From Promethearchaeota archaeon (GTDB taxonomy: Archaea; Asgardarchaeota; Lokiarchaeia; Sigyniarchaeales; SOKP01): a DNA stretch of 22,917 nt. Within the stretch, counting starts at the first letter, position 1, and every line of letters begins with the position of its first letter. This document shows, in pieces, positions 8,357 to 16,839 of the stretch. The stretch is taken from assembly GCA_019058015.1 (NCBI GenBank), contig JAHLWH010000178.1, forward strand, positions 1 to 22,917, read 5' to 3'. The notes under the pieces are model-generated. The model saw only the letters and a program-made list of their open reading frames with translations, made no database searches and was not told the origin of the DNA. The position numbers and the translations under genes were made by a program.

Positions 8357-10720
8357 TTAATAAGCGCAATGTTCTGTTCTTTCAATGATTTCATTTTGTA
8401 AATCAACACCAAGATTAACATAATAATCACTATAACCGGCAACTCGCACTATCAAATTTCTATATTTTTCTGGATTTTTTTGAGCTTCGCGTAAAGTCTC
8501 TGCTGAGACTACATTAAATTGAACGTGATGCCCATCCATTTTAAAATAGGCCCTGATTAAATGCGCCAGTTTTTCAATACCGATATCGTCAGCTAATAAT
8601 TTAGGTGTAAATTTTTGATTTAGTAATGTGCCCCCAGTTCGAAGATGATCAATCTTTGCTGCGGATTTTATAACGGCTGTAGGACCATGGGTATCTGCCC
8701 CTTGAACAGGTGAGATTCCTTCGGATAATGGAGTATATGCCTTTCGACCATCAGGAGTTGCCCCGATTACGCTACCAAAGTAAATATGTACCGTTGTTGG
8801 AAGAAGATTCACGCGATGATGACCACCTTTAGTGTTAGGTCGTCCATCAATTGCTTTATAATATAATTCAAAAATTTGTTGCATAATCTCATCTGCATAA
8901 TCATCATCGTTTCCATATTTCGGTGTATCAGTTATAAATAGTTGTCGTAAGGTTTCCGAATTCTTGAAATTATCTTTTAAAATCCCTAACATTTGCTGCA
9001 TATTTATCCGTTTCTTATCAAATACATTATATTTAATTGAAACTAAAGAATCAGTTATACTACCCAAACCAACGCCTTGAATATAGGATGTATTATATCT
9101 GGCTCCACCATTATTATAATCTTTTCCTTTTAAGATACAATCATCTATTAATAAGGATATAAAAGGTGCTGGCAGTGTTTGAGCCCATAGCTGCTCGATA
9201 ATATTATTTCCTTTAATTTTAATATCAATAAAATAATTTACTTGTTTTGAAAATGCTTCAAAGACTTCCTTAAAAATTTGAAATTTTGTTGGATCACCAG
9301 TTTTCAACCCGATCTCTTTACCAGTTATTGGATCAATACCATTATTCAATGTAATCTCTAATATTTTTACGAGATTGAAATAACCCGTAAGAATATAAGC
9401 CTCCTTTCCAAAAGCACCTGCTTCAACACAACCGCTGGCACCACCAGTTCGAGCATCAATAATTGATTTCCCTTGTCTAGTTAATTCTTGAATAATAGCA
9501 TCAATATTAAATATAGATGGTTGTCCGAATCCTGTTTTGACGATTTGAAGAGCCCGCTTTAAAAATTCATTCGGTGTTTTTTTGCTGATTTGCACATTGG
9601 AACTTGGTTGAACAATTCTCATCTCCTCTATAACATCAAGAATCATATATGAGAGTTCATTAACAGCATTTGTTCCATCTTCTTTTAAGCCACCCAAGTT
9701 TATATTGCAAAAATCTGTATAAGTATTACTTTCCTCAGCTGTAACCCCCACTTTTGGAGGAGCAGGTTGGTTATTAAATTTGACCCAGAAAGCTTCTAAT
9801 AATTCTTTTGCATCTTCATATGTGATTGTTCCATTCTCTCGATCTTTCTCATAGAAGGGATATAAATGTTGATCAAGATGGCCTGGATTAAAAGAATCCC
9901 ATGTGTTATATTCTGTGATCACCCCAAGATGAATAAACCAATAATGTTGCAGTGCCTCCCATATAGTTCTAGGTGTATGTGCCGGAACATACTCGCAAAT
10001 CTCTGCTATTTTTTCTAATTCATGCTTTCTCTTGACATTTTCTTCATCTCTTGCTAAATCTTTTGCTTTTTCAGAATGGAGTTTAGCAAAGATTATTAAC
10101 GCATCTGCACAAATATCCATTGCTTTTAATTCTTCTCTTTTATTGAAAGCATCGGAATCATTATAAAAATCTAAATTTTCAATACTTTCTTTAATTTCCT
10201 TTTTTAAATCCAGAAATCCTTTCGTAAAGATTTTTTTATCGCCCACTGTGTGACCAGGTGCTCTTTGTTCCATAAATTCAGTAAAAACTCCTGCTTCATA
10301 TGCTTCTATCCATTCTGAATCTACATTTTCAAAAATTTTATCTCTAATTGAACGCCCTTTCCAAAACGGGATAATAATATCCTTAGTTAATTGTTTTGTC
10401 TCATCACTTACTATAAAAGAAATCTTTTCTCGAGAGTTGAGAATATCAAGGTCTTTAAGACTATGACAACATACTTCCGGATATGTTGGTGTAGCTTTTG
10501 GTTCGGGACCTCTTTCTCCTACAATAAGCTCACCATCGTTAATACAGATTTTTTTATGTTCCAAAATATATTTGAAAGCAAGAGCTCTTGCAACTGGAGC
10601 AGAAAGTTTATGTGCTGCACCACTTTTATAAAAATCTGTAATTAGTAACGCTCTCTCGAGGGAAAAACTTGGTATTGCCTTACGACTCTGCTCACGTAGT
10701 TTTATTATTCTTTCATTCAT
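8357..10720 (-). CDS. hypD: Glycyl radical enzyme, trans-4-hydroxy-L-proline dehydratase
   Basis: RVAGY glycyl loop and SGCVE Cys loop. HypD-type motifs FMEQRAPGHT, NTWDSF, ESNTYTDF, LTGYF and LPTTVH. PTYPEVCCH and KFNNQPAPPKVG also match my recollection of C. difficile HypD. Confidence 0.92.
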   Translation of the reverse strand: MNERIIKLREQSRKAIPSFSLERALLITDFYKSGAAHKLSAPVARALAFKYILEHKKICINDGELIVGERGPEPKATPTYPEVCCHSLKDLDILNSREKISFIVSDETKQLTKDIIIPFWKGRSIRDKIFENVDSEWIEAYEAGVFTEFMEQRAPGHTVGDKKIFTKGFLDLKKEIKESIENLDFYNDSDAFNKREELKAMDICADALIIFAKLHSEKAKDLARDEENVKRKHELEKIAEICEYVPAHTPRTIWEALQHYWFIHLGVITEYNTWDSFNPGHLDQHLYPFYEKDRENGTITYEDAKELLEAFWVKFNNQPAPPKVGVTAEESNTYTDFCNINLGGLKEDGTNAVNELSYMILDVIEEMRIVQPSSNVQISKKTPNEFLKRALQIVKTGFGQPSIFNIDAIIQELTRQGKSIIDARTGGASGCVEAGAFGKEAYILTGYFNLVKILEITLNNGIDPITGKEIGLKTGDPTKFQIFKEVFEAFSKQVNYFIDIKIKGNNIIEQLWAQTLPAPFISLLIDDCILKGKDYNNGGARYNTSYIQGVGLGSITDSLVSIKYNVFDKKRINMQQMLGILKDNFKNSETLRQLFITDTPKYGNDDDYADEIMQQIFELYYKAIDGRPNTKGGHHRVNLLPTTVHIYFGSVIGATPDGRKAYTPLSEGISPVQGADTHGPTAVIKSAAKIDHLRTGGTLLNQKFTPKLLADDIGIEKLAHLIRAYFKMDGHHVQFNVVSAETLREAQKNPEKYRNLIVRVAGYSDYYVNLGVDLQNEIIERTEHCAY

Positions 10721-10723
10721 AAT

Positions 10724-11533
10724 TTATCCACCTATTTTCACTTGAAAACCAAAATTTTCAAAATCATTTTTTATTTCCTCCATTTTTTCATTCGTTGGAG
10801 ATTGTATGTCTCTCATTTTGTATTCCATCTTCAATTTATCGTACTTATTTTTCCCGATTCGATGATAAGGTAAAAGATTTACTCTTTTAACGTTATTTAA
10901 AGAGGAGATAAATTCTCCAAGTTGTGTAATATTTATTGCTGTATCAGTAATTTCTGGAATTATAGGAATCCTAATCAATGTTTGCTTACCATTTTGTGAT
11001 AAATACTTTAAATTTTTAATAATCTGTTTGTTGGACACTCCTGTATATTTAATATGGTTTTGATCTTCCATGATTTTCAAATCATATAGATATAAGTCAA
11101 CAAAATTATTAATTTTCTTTAGATCTTCTAAAGATGAATATCCAGAAGTATCCAAGGCGGTATGGATGTGCTGCTTTTTGCATTCATGTAATAATGAATA
11201 CAAAAATTCAAGTTGCATTAAAGGTTCTCCCCCAGAAAATGTGACTCCTCCATTTGATTCCTCATAAAAAATAATATCTTTTTTAATTTCTTCCATTATC
11301 TCATTTACAGACATTTCCCGTCCGATTATCTCTTGAGTTTCCCAGGATGCAAGTTTTTCTTTTTCATTCTTGTTTTCAATAGTTATTTTTTGAAGTTCTA
11401 ATCTAAGACCTTCAGGGTTATGACACCACCAGCAACGTAATGGACACCCTTTTAGAAAAATTGTAGTTCGAATACCGGGACCATCATGAATTGCGAATTT
11501 TTTGATGTTAAATATTATTCCGGTCTCTTTCAT
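10724..11533 (-). CDS. Glycyl-radical enzyme activating enzyme (radical SAM), cognate for HypD
   Basis: HDGPGIRTTIFLKGCPLRCWWCHNPE, GGVTFSGGEP, ALDTSG, YDLK, LLPYH. Ends 3 nt before hypD, with GGTGGA in its last codons as a possible RBS. Confidence 0.93.
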   Translation of the reverse strand: MKETGIIFNIKKFAIHDGPGIRTTIFLKGCPLRCWWCHNPEGLRLELQKITIENKNEKEKLASWETQEIIGREMSVNEIMEEIKKDIIFYEESNGGVTFSGGEPLMQLEFLYSLLHECKKQHIHTALDTSGYSSLEDLKKINNFVDLYLYDLKIMEDQNHIKYTGVSNKQIIKNLKYLSQNGKQTLIRIPIIPEITDTAINITQLGEFISSLNNVKRVNLLPYHRIGKNKYDKLKMEYKMRDIQSPTNEKMEEIKNDFENFGFQVKIGG

Positions 11534-11737
11534 AATATATTATCTTAATTTTCAGCTTTTTTTTTCTCAGTAAATCTAAGAAATTATTAATCAATTCAAT
11601 TTAAATTTATTTCCTATATTAAAATTTTATAAACAATTTTGAAAACAATTAAAGAAATTCGCAATTTTAAATGATTATACTTAAAACTTTTTCATTCTAA
11701 TAATTTATATACTTTTAAATACGAAATAATATATTCT

Positions 11738-11743
11738 GAGGAG
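11738..11743 (+). promoter_or_regulatory. Shine-Dalgarno site
   Basis: GAGGAG 8 nt upstream of the ATG at 11752. Confidence 0.6.
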
Positions 11744-11751
11744 CAATTACA

Positions 11752-13116
11752 ATGATGGAAAAAGAAAGTGAAACACCCCAATTAAAGCGAAGGGTCTCTT
11801 TATTCGCTGTTACTATGTATGGGGTTGGTAATATTTTAGGAGCTGGTATTTATGCCCTAATAGGTGAAGTAGTAGGTGAAACTGGAAATTTATCTTGGCT
11901 TTCTTTCGTTTTAGCTGCAATTACTGGAGCTTTAACTGGCTTATCTTATGCCGAACTTTCAGCCATGTATCCAAAAAGTGCTGCTGAATTTGTGTATGCG
12001 GAGAAAACATTCAACATACGCGTTTTATCGTTCACTTTAGGATGGATTATAATTTTTTCAGGCCTTTTCTCTAGTGCGACGGTTGCACTAGGCTTTGCGA
12101 ATTATTTAGCTGCGCTGCTCAGCATAGATTCTACATTTCTAATCGTTCTATTTGCAATAATTTTAGTTGGAATTCTTGGTATGATAAACTTTGCGGGTAT
12201 AAAAAGCTCAACATGGACAAATATTTTATTTACTTTAATAGAAGCCGCCGGTCTTATATTTATTATTATAATAGGAATACCTTATTTTGGTTCAGTTAAT
12301 TATATTGAGCTTCCAGTTGGGGCAACTTTTACAGCTGTATTTTCTTCAATCGCACTAATTTTCTTCGCGTATATCGGCTTTGAGGATATTGCCAATATAG
12401 CAGAAGAAGTAAAGAAACCAGAGAAAAACTTACCTAAGGCAATAATCTATTCTTTAATTATTACAACAATTTTATATTTTTTAACCGCAATAGCTGTTGT
12501 AAGTATCTTGCCTTATTCAGAAATTGCTGCATCACCTGATCCATTAAGTGCTGTTACAACAGCTGCCTTAGGTCCCGTTGGGGGGCTAATAATGTCATTG
12601 ATTGCACTTTTTGCAACCGCTAATACGGTTTTAATAATGTTAATAGTTACCTCTCGTATGATGTATGGAATGGCTAGAGATAAAGCCCTACCAGAATCTC
12701 TATGTAAGGTATCGGAAAAACATAGAACACCAATTATCTCTGTGTTTTTAACAATGATTCTAACGATGGTCTTTACATTATTTACTGATATTTCTATCGT
12801 TGCAAATGCAACTGTATTTGGAGTATTAATCAATTTTCTCATCGTGAATATATGCGTTATTGTGCTAAGAAAGAAGAATCCTGATGATAAGAGACCGTTT
12901 AAACTTCGGCCAAATATTGGCTGGGTACCAGTTGTGGCATTATTTGGTGCTATCGTTTGTATTGGGCTATTATTTACCTTTGATTGGTTAATAGTCCTAA
13001 TCCAAGGCATTATAATTTTAATAGGACTACTAATTTTCTATATACCTAAGATTTTATTTTTTTTGAAACGTTCAATTAGAAATAGATTACAAAGAAATAA
13101 ATTAAAAAAAAATTAA
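11752..13116 (+). CDS. APC-superfamily amino acid permease
   Basis: TM1 GNILGAGIY, SYAELSAMYP, TM6 FFAYIGFEDI..AEEVKKPEKNLP, SRMMYGMARD, about 12 TMs. Confidence 0.93.
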   Translation: MMEKESETPQLKRRVSLFAVTMYGVGNILGAGIYALIGEVVGETGNLSWLSFVLAAITGALTGLSYAELSAMYPKSAAEFVYAEKTFNIRVLSFTLGWIIIFSGLFSSATVALGFANYLAALLSIDSTFLIVLFAIILVGILGMINFAGIKSSTWTNILFTLIEAAGLIFIIIIGIPYFGSVNYIELPVGATFTAVFSSIALIFFAYIGFEDIANIAEEVKKPEKNLPKAIIYSLIITTILYFLTAIAVVSILPYSEIAASPDPLSAVTTAALGPVGGLIMSLIALFATANTVLIMLIVTSRMMYGMARDKALPESLCKVSEKHRTPIISVFLTMILTMVFTLFTDISIVANATVFGVLINFLIVNICVIVLRKKNPDDKRPFKLRPNIGWVPVVALFGAIVCIGLLFTFDWLIVLIQGIIILIGLLIFYIPKILFFLKRSIRNRLQRNKLKKN

Positions 13117-13147
13117 TAGAAAAAGATAATTTTAATTTCTGCTATTT

Positions 13148-13321
13148 TTATATATTTTCGATTCGAATCACTGCAGGGATAAATAAGTTAAGTCCTGTTG
13201 AGAATTGAAAAATAAAAGTATCTAATATATATATTATTGTAAAAATAATTGGAAGGATAGTATGTATAAGATGCGCGCGAGGGAACTCTTTACCTACGGG
13301 AGGTCCATGTTTTTCTTTCAA
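13148..13321 (-). pseudogene. Truncated membrane-protein gene, resembling the N-terminus of archaeal ICMT/PEMT-family methyltransferases
   Basis: TTG at 13321 reads MKEKHGPPVGKEFPRAHLIHTILPIIFTIIYILDTFIFQFSTGLNLFIPAVIRIENI* (57 aa, below the ORF track cut-off). GC-richer than its flanks. The family assignment is from memory of the G.E.P..H...ILD.FIF..ST....IP..IR pattern. Confidence 0.5.
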
Positions 13322-13505
13322 TTTATATTTACCAATTTATTTAAAATACTTTAATTTAGGATTTAAATTCTTTTTCAATTTAATAATTTTTTAAAAAAAT
13401 TTTCAAATTGTTTTTTATATTAAAATTGTAATAAGAGTATATTTTATTAAACCTTGATTATACTATATTTGGAAATATAAAGAAAATTAAAATAAGGTCT
13501 TAAAG

Positions 13506-16445
13506 TTGGCTCAACCCAAAAAGAAAAGTAAAAAGGAAACGAAGAAAGTGAGTGAACAAGTATCTCTTTCTTCATTTATTGAAAAAAAAAAACCTAAAAA
13601 AGAAATTATTGAAGAAGAACAACCGCAAATGGTTACTAAAGAGCAAATCGAAAGGGAAATTCTAGGAATAAAGGAACAACCAAAAACTGTTGCAAAAAAA
13701 GAGATTAATGTTATAGAATCTGGGGAAAAAGTGTCAAAAAAAGAGACATTAGGAGAGATTCCTAAAAATCAATATTATGAACCTAAAGCCACAAATTTTG
13801 GATTACTTGAAAAAAATACTCAATTCAAAAAGAAGGAAAGAGAATCTGGAGAAGCTGCTTATGTTAGGTTTTTGATTGAAAATGGGAAGATCACCACGAA
13901 TTTAGAAAATGGGGTTTTACTAGATGTTGATTACGATGGAGGGCAAAATAAGGCATACTGTAAATTTTATGATTTAGAGTCAAAGGAGATTAAAATTTGG
14001 ATTGATACAACTGGTCATACACCTTACTGTTTAAGTAAAAGAAGCATAACTGATCTTGATAATGATATTGATCTAACAAATTTCGATGGATTTATCAGAA
14101 ATGAGACAATTAAGCGATATGATTTATTATTTGATAAGGAAATTGAAATGACAAAAGTCTACGGAAAAACACCCACAAGTATCGGTGCTCGAGGAAAAGC
14201 TATAAGGGATATTCTAAAAAAAGAAAATGCTTGGGAAGCTGATATTAGATATCATCAAAATTATATTTATGATGAGGGATTAATACCAGGATTGATTTAT
14301 GAAATAAAAAATAATAAATTAATTAAAAAGGATTTTAGCGGAAGTACAAAGGAGACAATTGAAAGAGCGAGGGAACTTTCAGATATCTTTAAAGATGAGA
14401 GTAAAGCACTAAAAGATTTTGCTAATAGGTATCTTGAGATTTTTAATACGCCCATTATTGATTTAAAAAGGGTTGCGATTGATATCGAAATACATATGAA
14501 TCCTGATGAGAAGAGAATACCAGACGCAAGTAAATCTAAAAATAAAATAATTAGTATATCATTTGTTGGGATAGATGGATTAAAAAAGGTCTATGTATTA
14601 GAAAGAGAAGGTTTCTCAATGGGAGAAAAAATAGAGGAAATGCCAGATGATTTAGAAATTGTCTTTTTTGGGGATGAAAAGGATTTATTGATTGAAACCT
14701 TTCGAATCATGTGGAAATATCCCGTAGTTATAACATTTAATGGTGATAATTTTGATCTTAATTATTTATTCCATAGAGCAAAAAAGCTCAAAATTCCTGA
14801 ACTATTAAATCCTATTCTTGTTAGAGCCGGATTTGGACCTATGCGGAAGGCTGAATGTAATTTAAAGAAAGGATTACACATCGATCTTTATAGCTTTTTT
14901 TCAAATAGGAGTATTAAAGGTTATGCTTTTGGAGGGGCATATGAAAGGAACTCTTTAGATTTGATAACTACTGCTTTATTAGGTAAAGGAAAATTTAAAC
15001 ATGATGAAGAAATCCATGAGATGACATATAATCGACTTATTTATTATAATTATAAAGATTCTGAAATTACATTGGAACTAACAAGGTTCAATGAAGCAGT
15101 AGTGATGAACCTTATTACAATTCTTTTGAGAATGACAAAAATGCCTCTTCATGATTTAATTCGACACCAAATTTCTGCGTGGATAAAAAATATCTTTTAT
15201 TTTGAACATAGGCAGAAAAATTATCTAATCCCAAGAAGATCTGAAATAAGTGAATTAAAAAAGGGAGGGACATCGCAATCAATAATCGAAGGGAAAGGAT
15301 TTCAAGGTGCTCTAGTTATAGATCCTGTCCCCGGCACACATTATAATGTGGTTGTATTAGATTTTGCAAGCCTTTATCCTTCAATTATAAAAGAATATAA
15401 CCTATCATACGAGACAGTCCAGTGTCCCCATGAAACTTGTAAAGAAAATTTAATAAAAGGAATACCTTATCACGTTTGCAACAAAAGAACTGGCATATTT
15501 TCCTATGTAACAGGATTTTTTAGAGATGTTAGAGTTAAATATTTTAAACCAAAATCATCAGATAAATCAATACCCCAAAAACAGAGAAATATATTCCAAG
15601 TTTTACAACAAGCTCTAAAAGTGTTTATTAATGGTTCATACGGTGTATTTGGAAGTCCAAATTTCCCCTTATTTTGTCTGCCAGTTGCTGAAAGCACAAC
15701 AGGTATTGGTCGATATTCAATTCAATCTGCGATAAAGAAAGCGGAAAGCCTCGAAATTCAGGTTCTTTACGGCGATACTGACTCAATTTTCTTAAAAAGC
15801 CCAACAAAGAGCCAATTAAATGAAATTTCTAATTGGAGTAAAGATGAATTGGATTTAGATTTAGAAGAAGAAAAAACTTATCAATTTTTAGCACTATCAA
15901 AACGAAAAAAGAATTATATCGGAGTTTATGCAGGTACAAAAACTATTGATATTAAAGGGATGACTGCTAAAAAGAGCAATACTCCTAATTTTATCAAGAA
16001 AACATTTGGTCAATTAACTGAAATATTAAGAGATATTACAAATAATGAAGAATTTGATAAATCACGCCAAATAATTATTGATATTATCAAAAAAGATCGA
16101 GGTGCGATAGGAAAAAAGGGTGGATTTACATTAGATGATTATATAATCTCTTTAGAACTGCAAAGACCCTTGAATAAATATATTAAAACTACTCCTCAAC
16201 ACGTAAGAGCTGCACGAATCCTAAAAAAAGTTACTAAAAAGGAACTACAAGAGGGCGATGTAGTTTCTTTCGTTAAAACAAGAGATAGTGGGGGAGTCAA
16301 ACCAGTAGAATTAGCTAAACTCGAAGATATTGATGGAAAAGCGTATAGACATTTATTAAGAAGTGCAGTTGAACAACTCCTTGATGCTTTGGGCATATTT
16401 TATGAAGAAATTAGAGGAATAAAGAAAATGGATTCATTTTTTTAA
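13506..16445 (+). CDS. polB: Family B DNA polymerase, PolB1-like, exonuclease and polymerase motifs intact
   Basis: ExoI DIE, ExoII FNGDNFD, ExoIII YNYKD. Polymerase motifs DFASLYPSII, QQALKVFINGSYGVFG, YGDTDS, KKNYIG and KGMTAKKSNTP are B1-type signatures. TTG start. Confidence 0.95.
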   Translation: MAQPKKKSKKETKKVSEQVSLSSFIEKKKPKKEIIEEEQPQMVTKEQIEREILGIKEQPKTVAKKEINVIESGEKVSKKETLGEIPKNQYYEPKATNFGLLEKNTQFKKKERESGEAAYVRFLIENGKITTNLENGVLLDVDYDGGQNKAYCKFYDLESKEIKIWIDTTGHTPYCLSKRSITDLDNDIDLTNFDGFIRNETIKRYDLLFDKEIEMTKVYGKTPTSIGARGKAIRDILKKENAWEADIRYHQNYIYDEGLIPGLIYEIKNNKLIKKDFSGSTKETIERARELSDIFKDESKALKDFANRYLEIFNTPIIDLKRVAIDIEIHMNPDEKRIPDASKSKNKIISISFVGIDGLKKVYVLEREGFSMGEKIEEMPDDLEIVFFGDEKDLLIETFRIMWKYPVVITFNGDNFDLNYLFHRAKKLKIPELLNPILVRAGFGPMRKAECNLKKGLHIDLYSFFSNRSIKGYAFGGAYERNSLDLITTALLGKGKFKHDEEIHEMTYNRLIYYNYKDSEITLELTRFNEAVVMNLITILLRMTKMPLHDLIRHQISAWIKNIFYFEHRQKNYLIPRRSEISELKKGGTSQSIIEGKGFQGALVIDPVPGTHYNVVVLDFASLYPSIIKEYNLSYETVQCPHETCKENLIKGIPYHVCNKRTGIFSYVTGFFRDVRVKYFKPKSSDKSIPQKQRNIFQVLQQALKVFINGSYGVFGSPNFPLFCLPVAESTTGIGRYSIQSAIKKAESLEIQVLYGDTDSIFLKSPTKSQLNEISNWSKDELDLDLEEEKTYQFLALSKRKKNYIGVYAGTKTIDIKGMTAKKSNTPNFIKKTFGQLTEILRDITNNEEFDKSRQIIIDIIKKDRGAIGKKGGFTLDDYIISLELQRPLNKYIKTTPQHVRAARILKKVTKKELQEGDVVSFVKTRDSGGVKPVELAKLEDIDGKAYRHLLRSAVEQLLDALGIFYEEIRGIKKMDSFF

Positions 16446-16486
16446 AAAAAAATGAATTAATTCTCTTCCTATAAAAATAAGTTTTT

Positions 16487-16819
16487 TTAGCCATTTCTGA
16501 CTAAAGCTTTTTTAATCTCTTCTAACAATAAAGTTTTTTCAGCGATATACCAGTGCAATTTTGATTTCTCTGGAGAATTGTGATAGATTTTTTCAGCAGT
16601 TTCTGCAATATCATCACGGCTTGGCTCTATTAACGTATCATTTTTTAAAAAGAAAACTAAATTATCAGACTCTAAAGCCTCAACGTCATGTTCATTAGTG
16701 ATATTTATCTTTATAGTCTCTGTTAGTTCAGCTAAACGCCAGCAAATATGTTCATAAGATTCATTATATTTGTATTGTCGGTAAGCCAGAATCTGTATAT
16801 CTTCTTTCTTAATTGGCAA
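16487..16819 (-). CDS. Hypothetical protein with two DUF2934-like helical repeats
   Basis: EDIQILAYRQY-x10-WRLAE and DDIAETAEKIY-x10-WYIAE align without gaps. TTG start preceded by AGAGGA. Confidence 0.75.
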   Translation of the reverse strand: MPIKKEDIQILAYRQYKYNESYEHICWRLAELTETIKINITNEHDVEALESDNLVFFLKNDTLIEPSRDDIAETAEKIYHNSPEKSKLHWYIAEKTLLLEEIKKALVRNG

Positions 16820-16839
16820 ATATATCCTCTTTCTTAATT
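16796..16839. repeat. 19-nt direct repeat (18/19 identical, 25-nt period) straddling a start codon
   Basis: tatatcttctttcttaatt (16796-16814) and tatatcctctttcttaatt (16821-16839). Confidence 0.85.

Noticed and set aside
13261-13310. GC-rich patch initially suspected to be an ncRNA or riboswitch
   Set aside because: Explained by the minus-strand coding remnant 13148-13321. No convincing stem structure.
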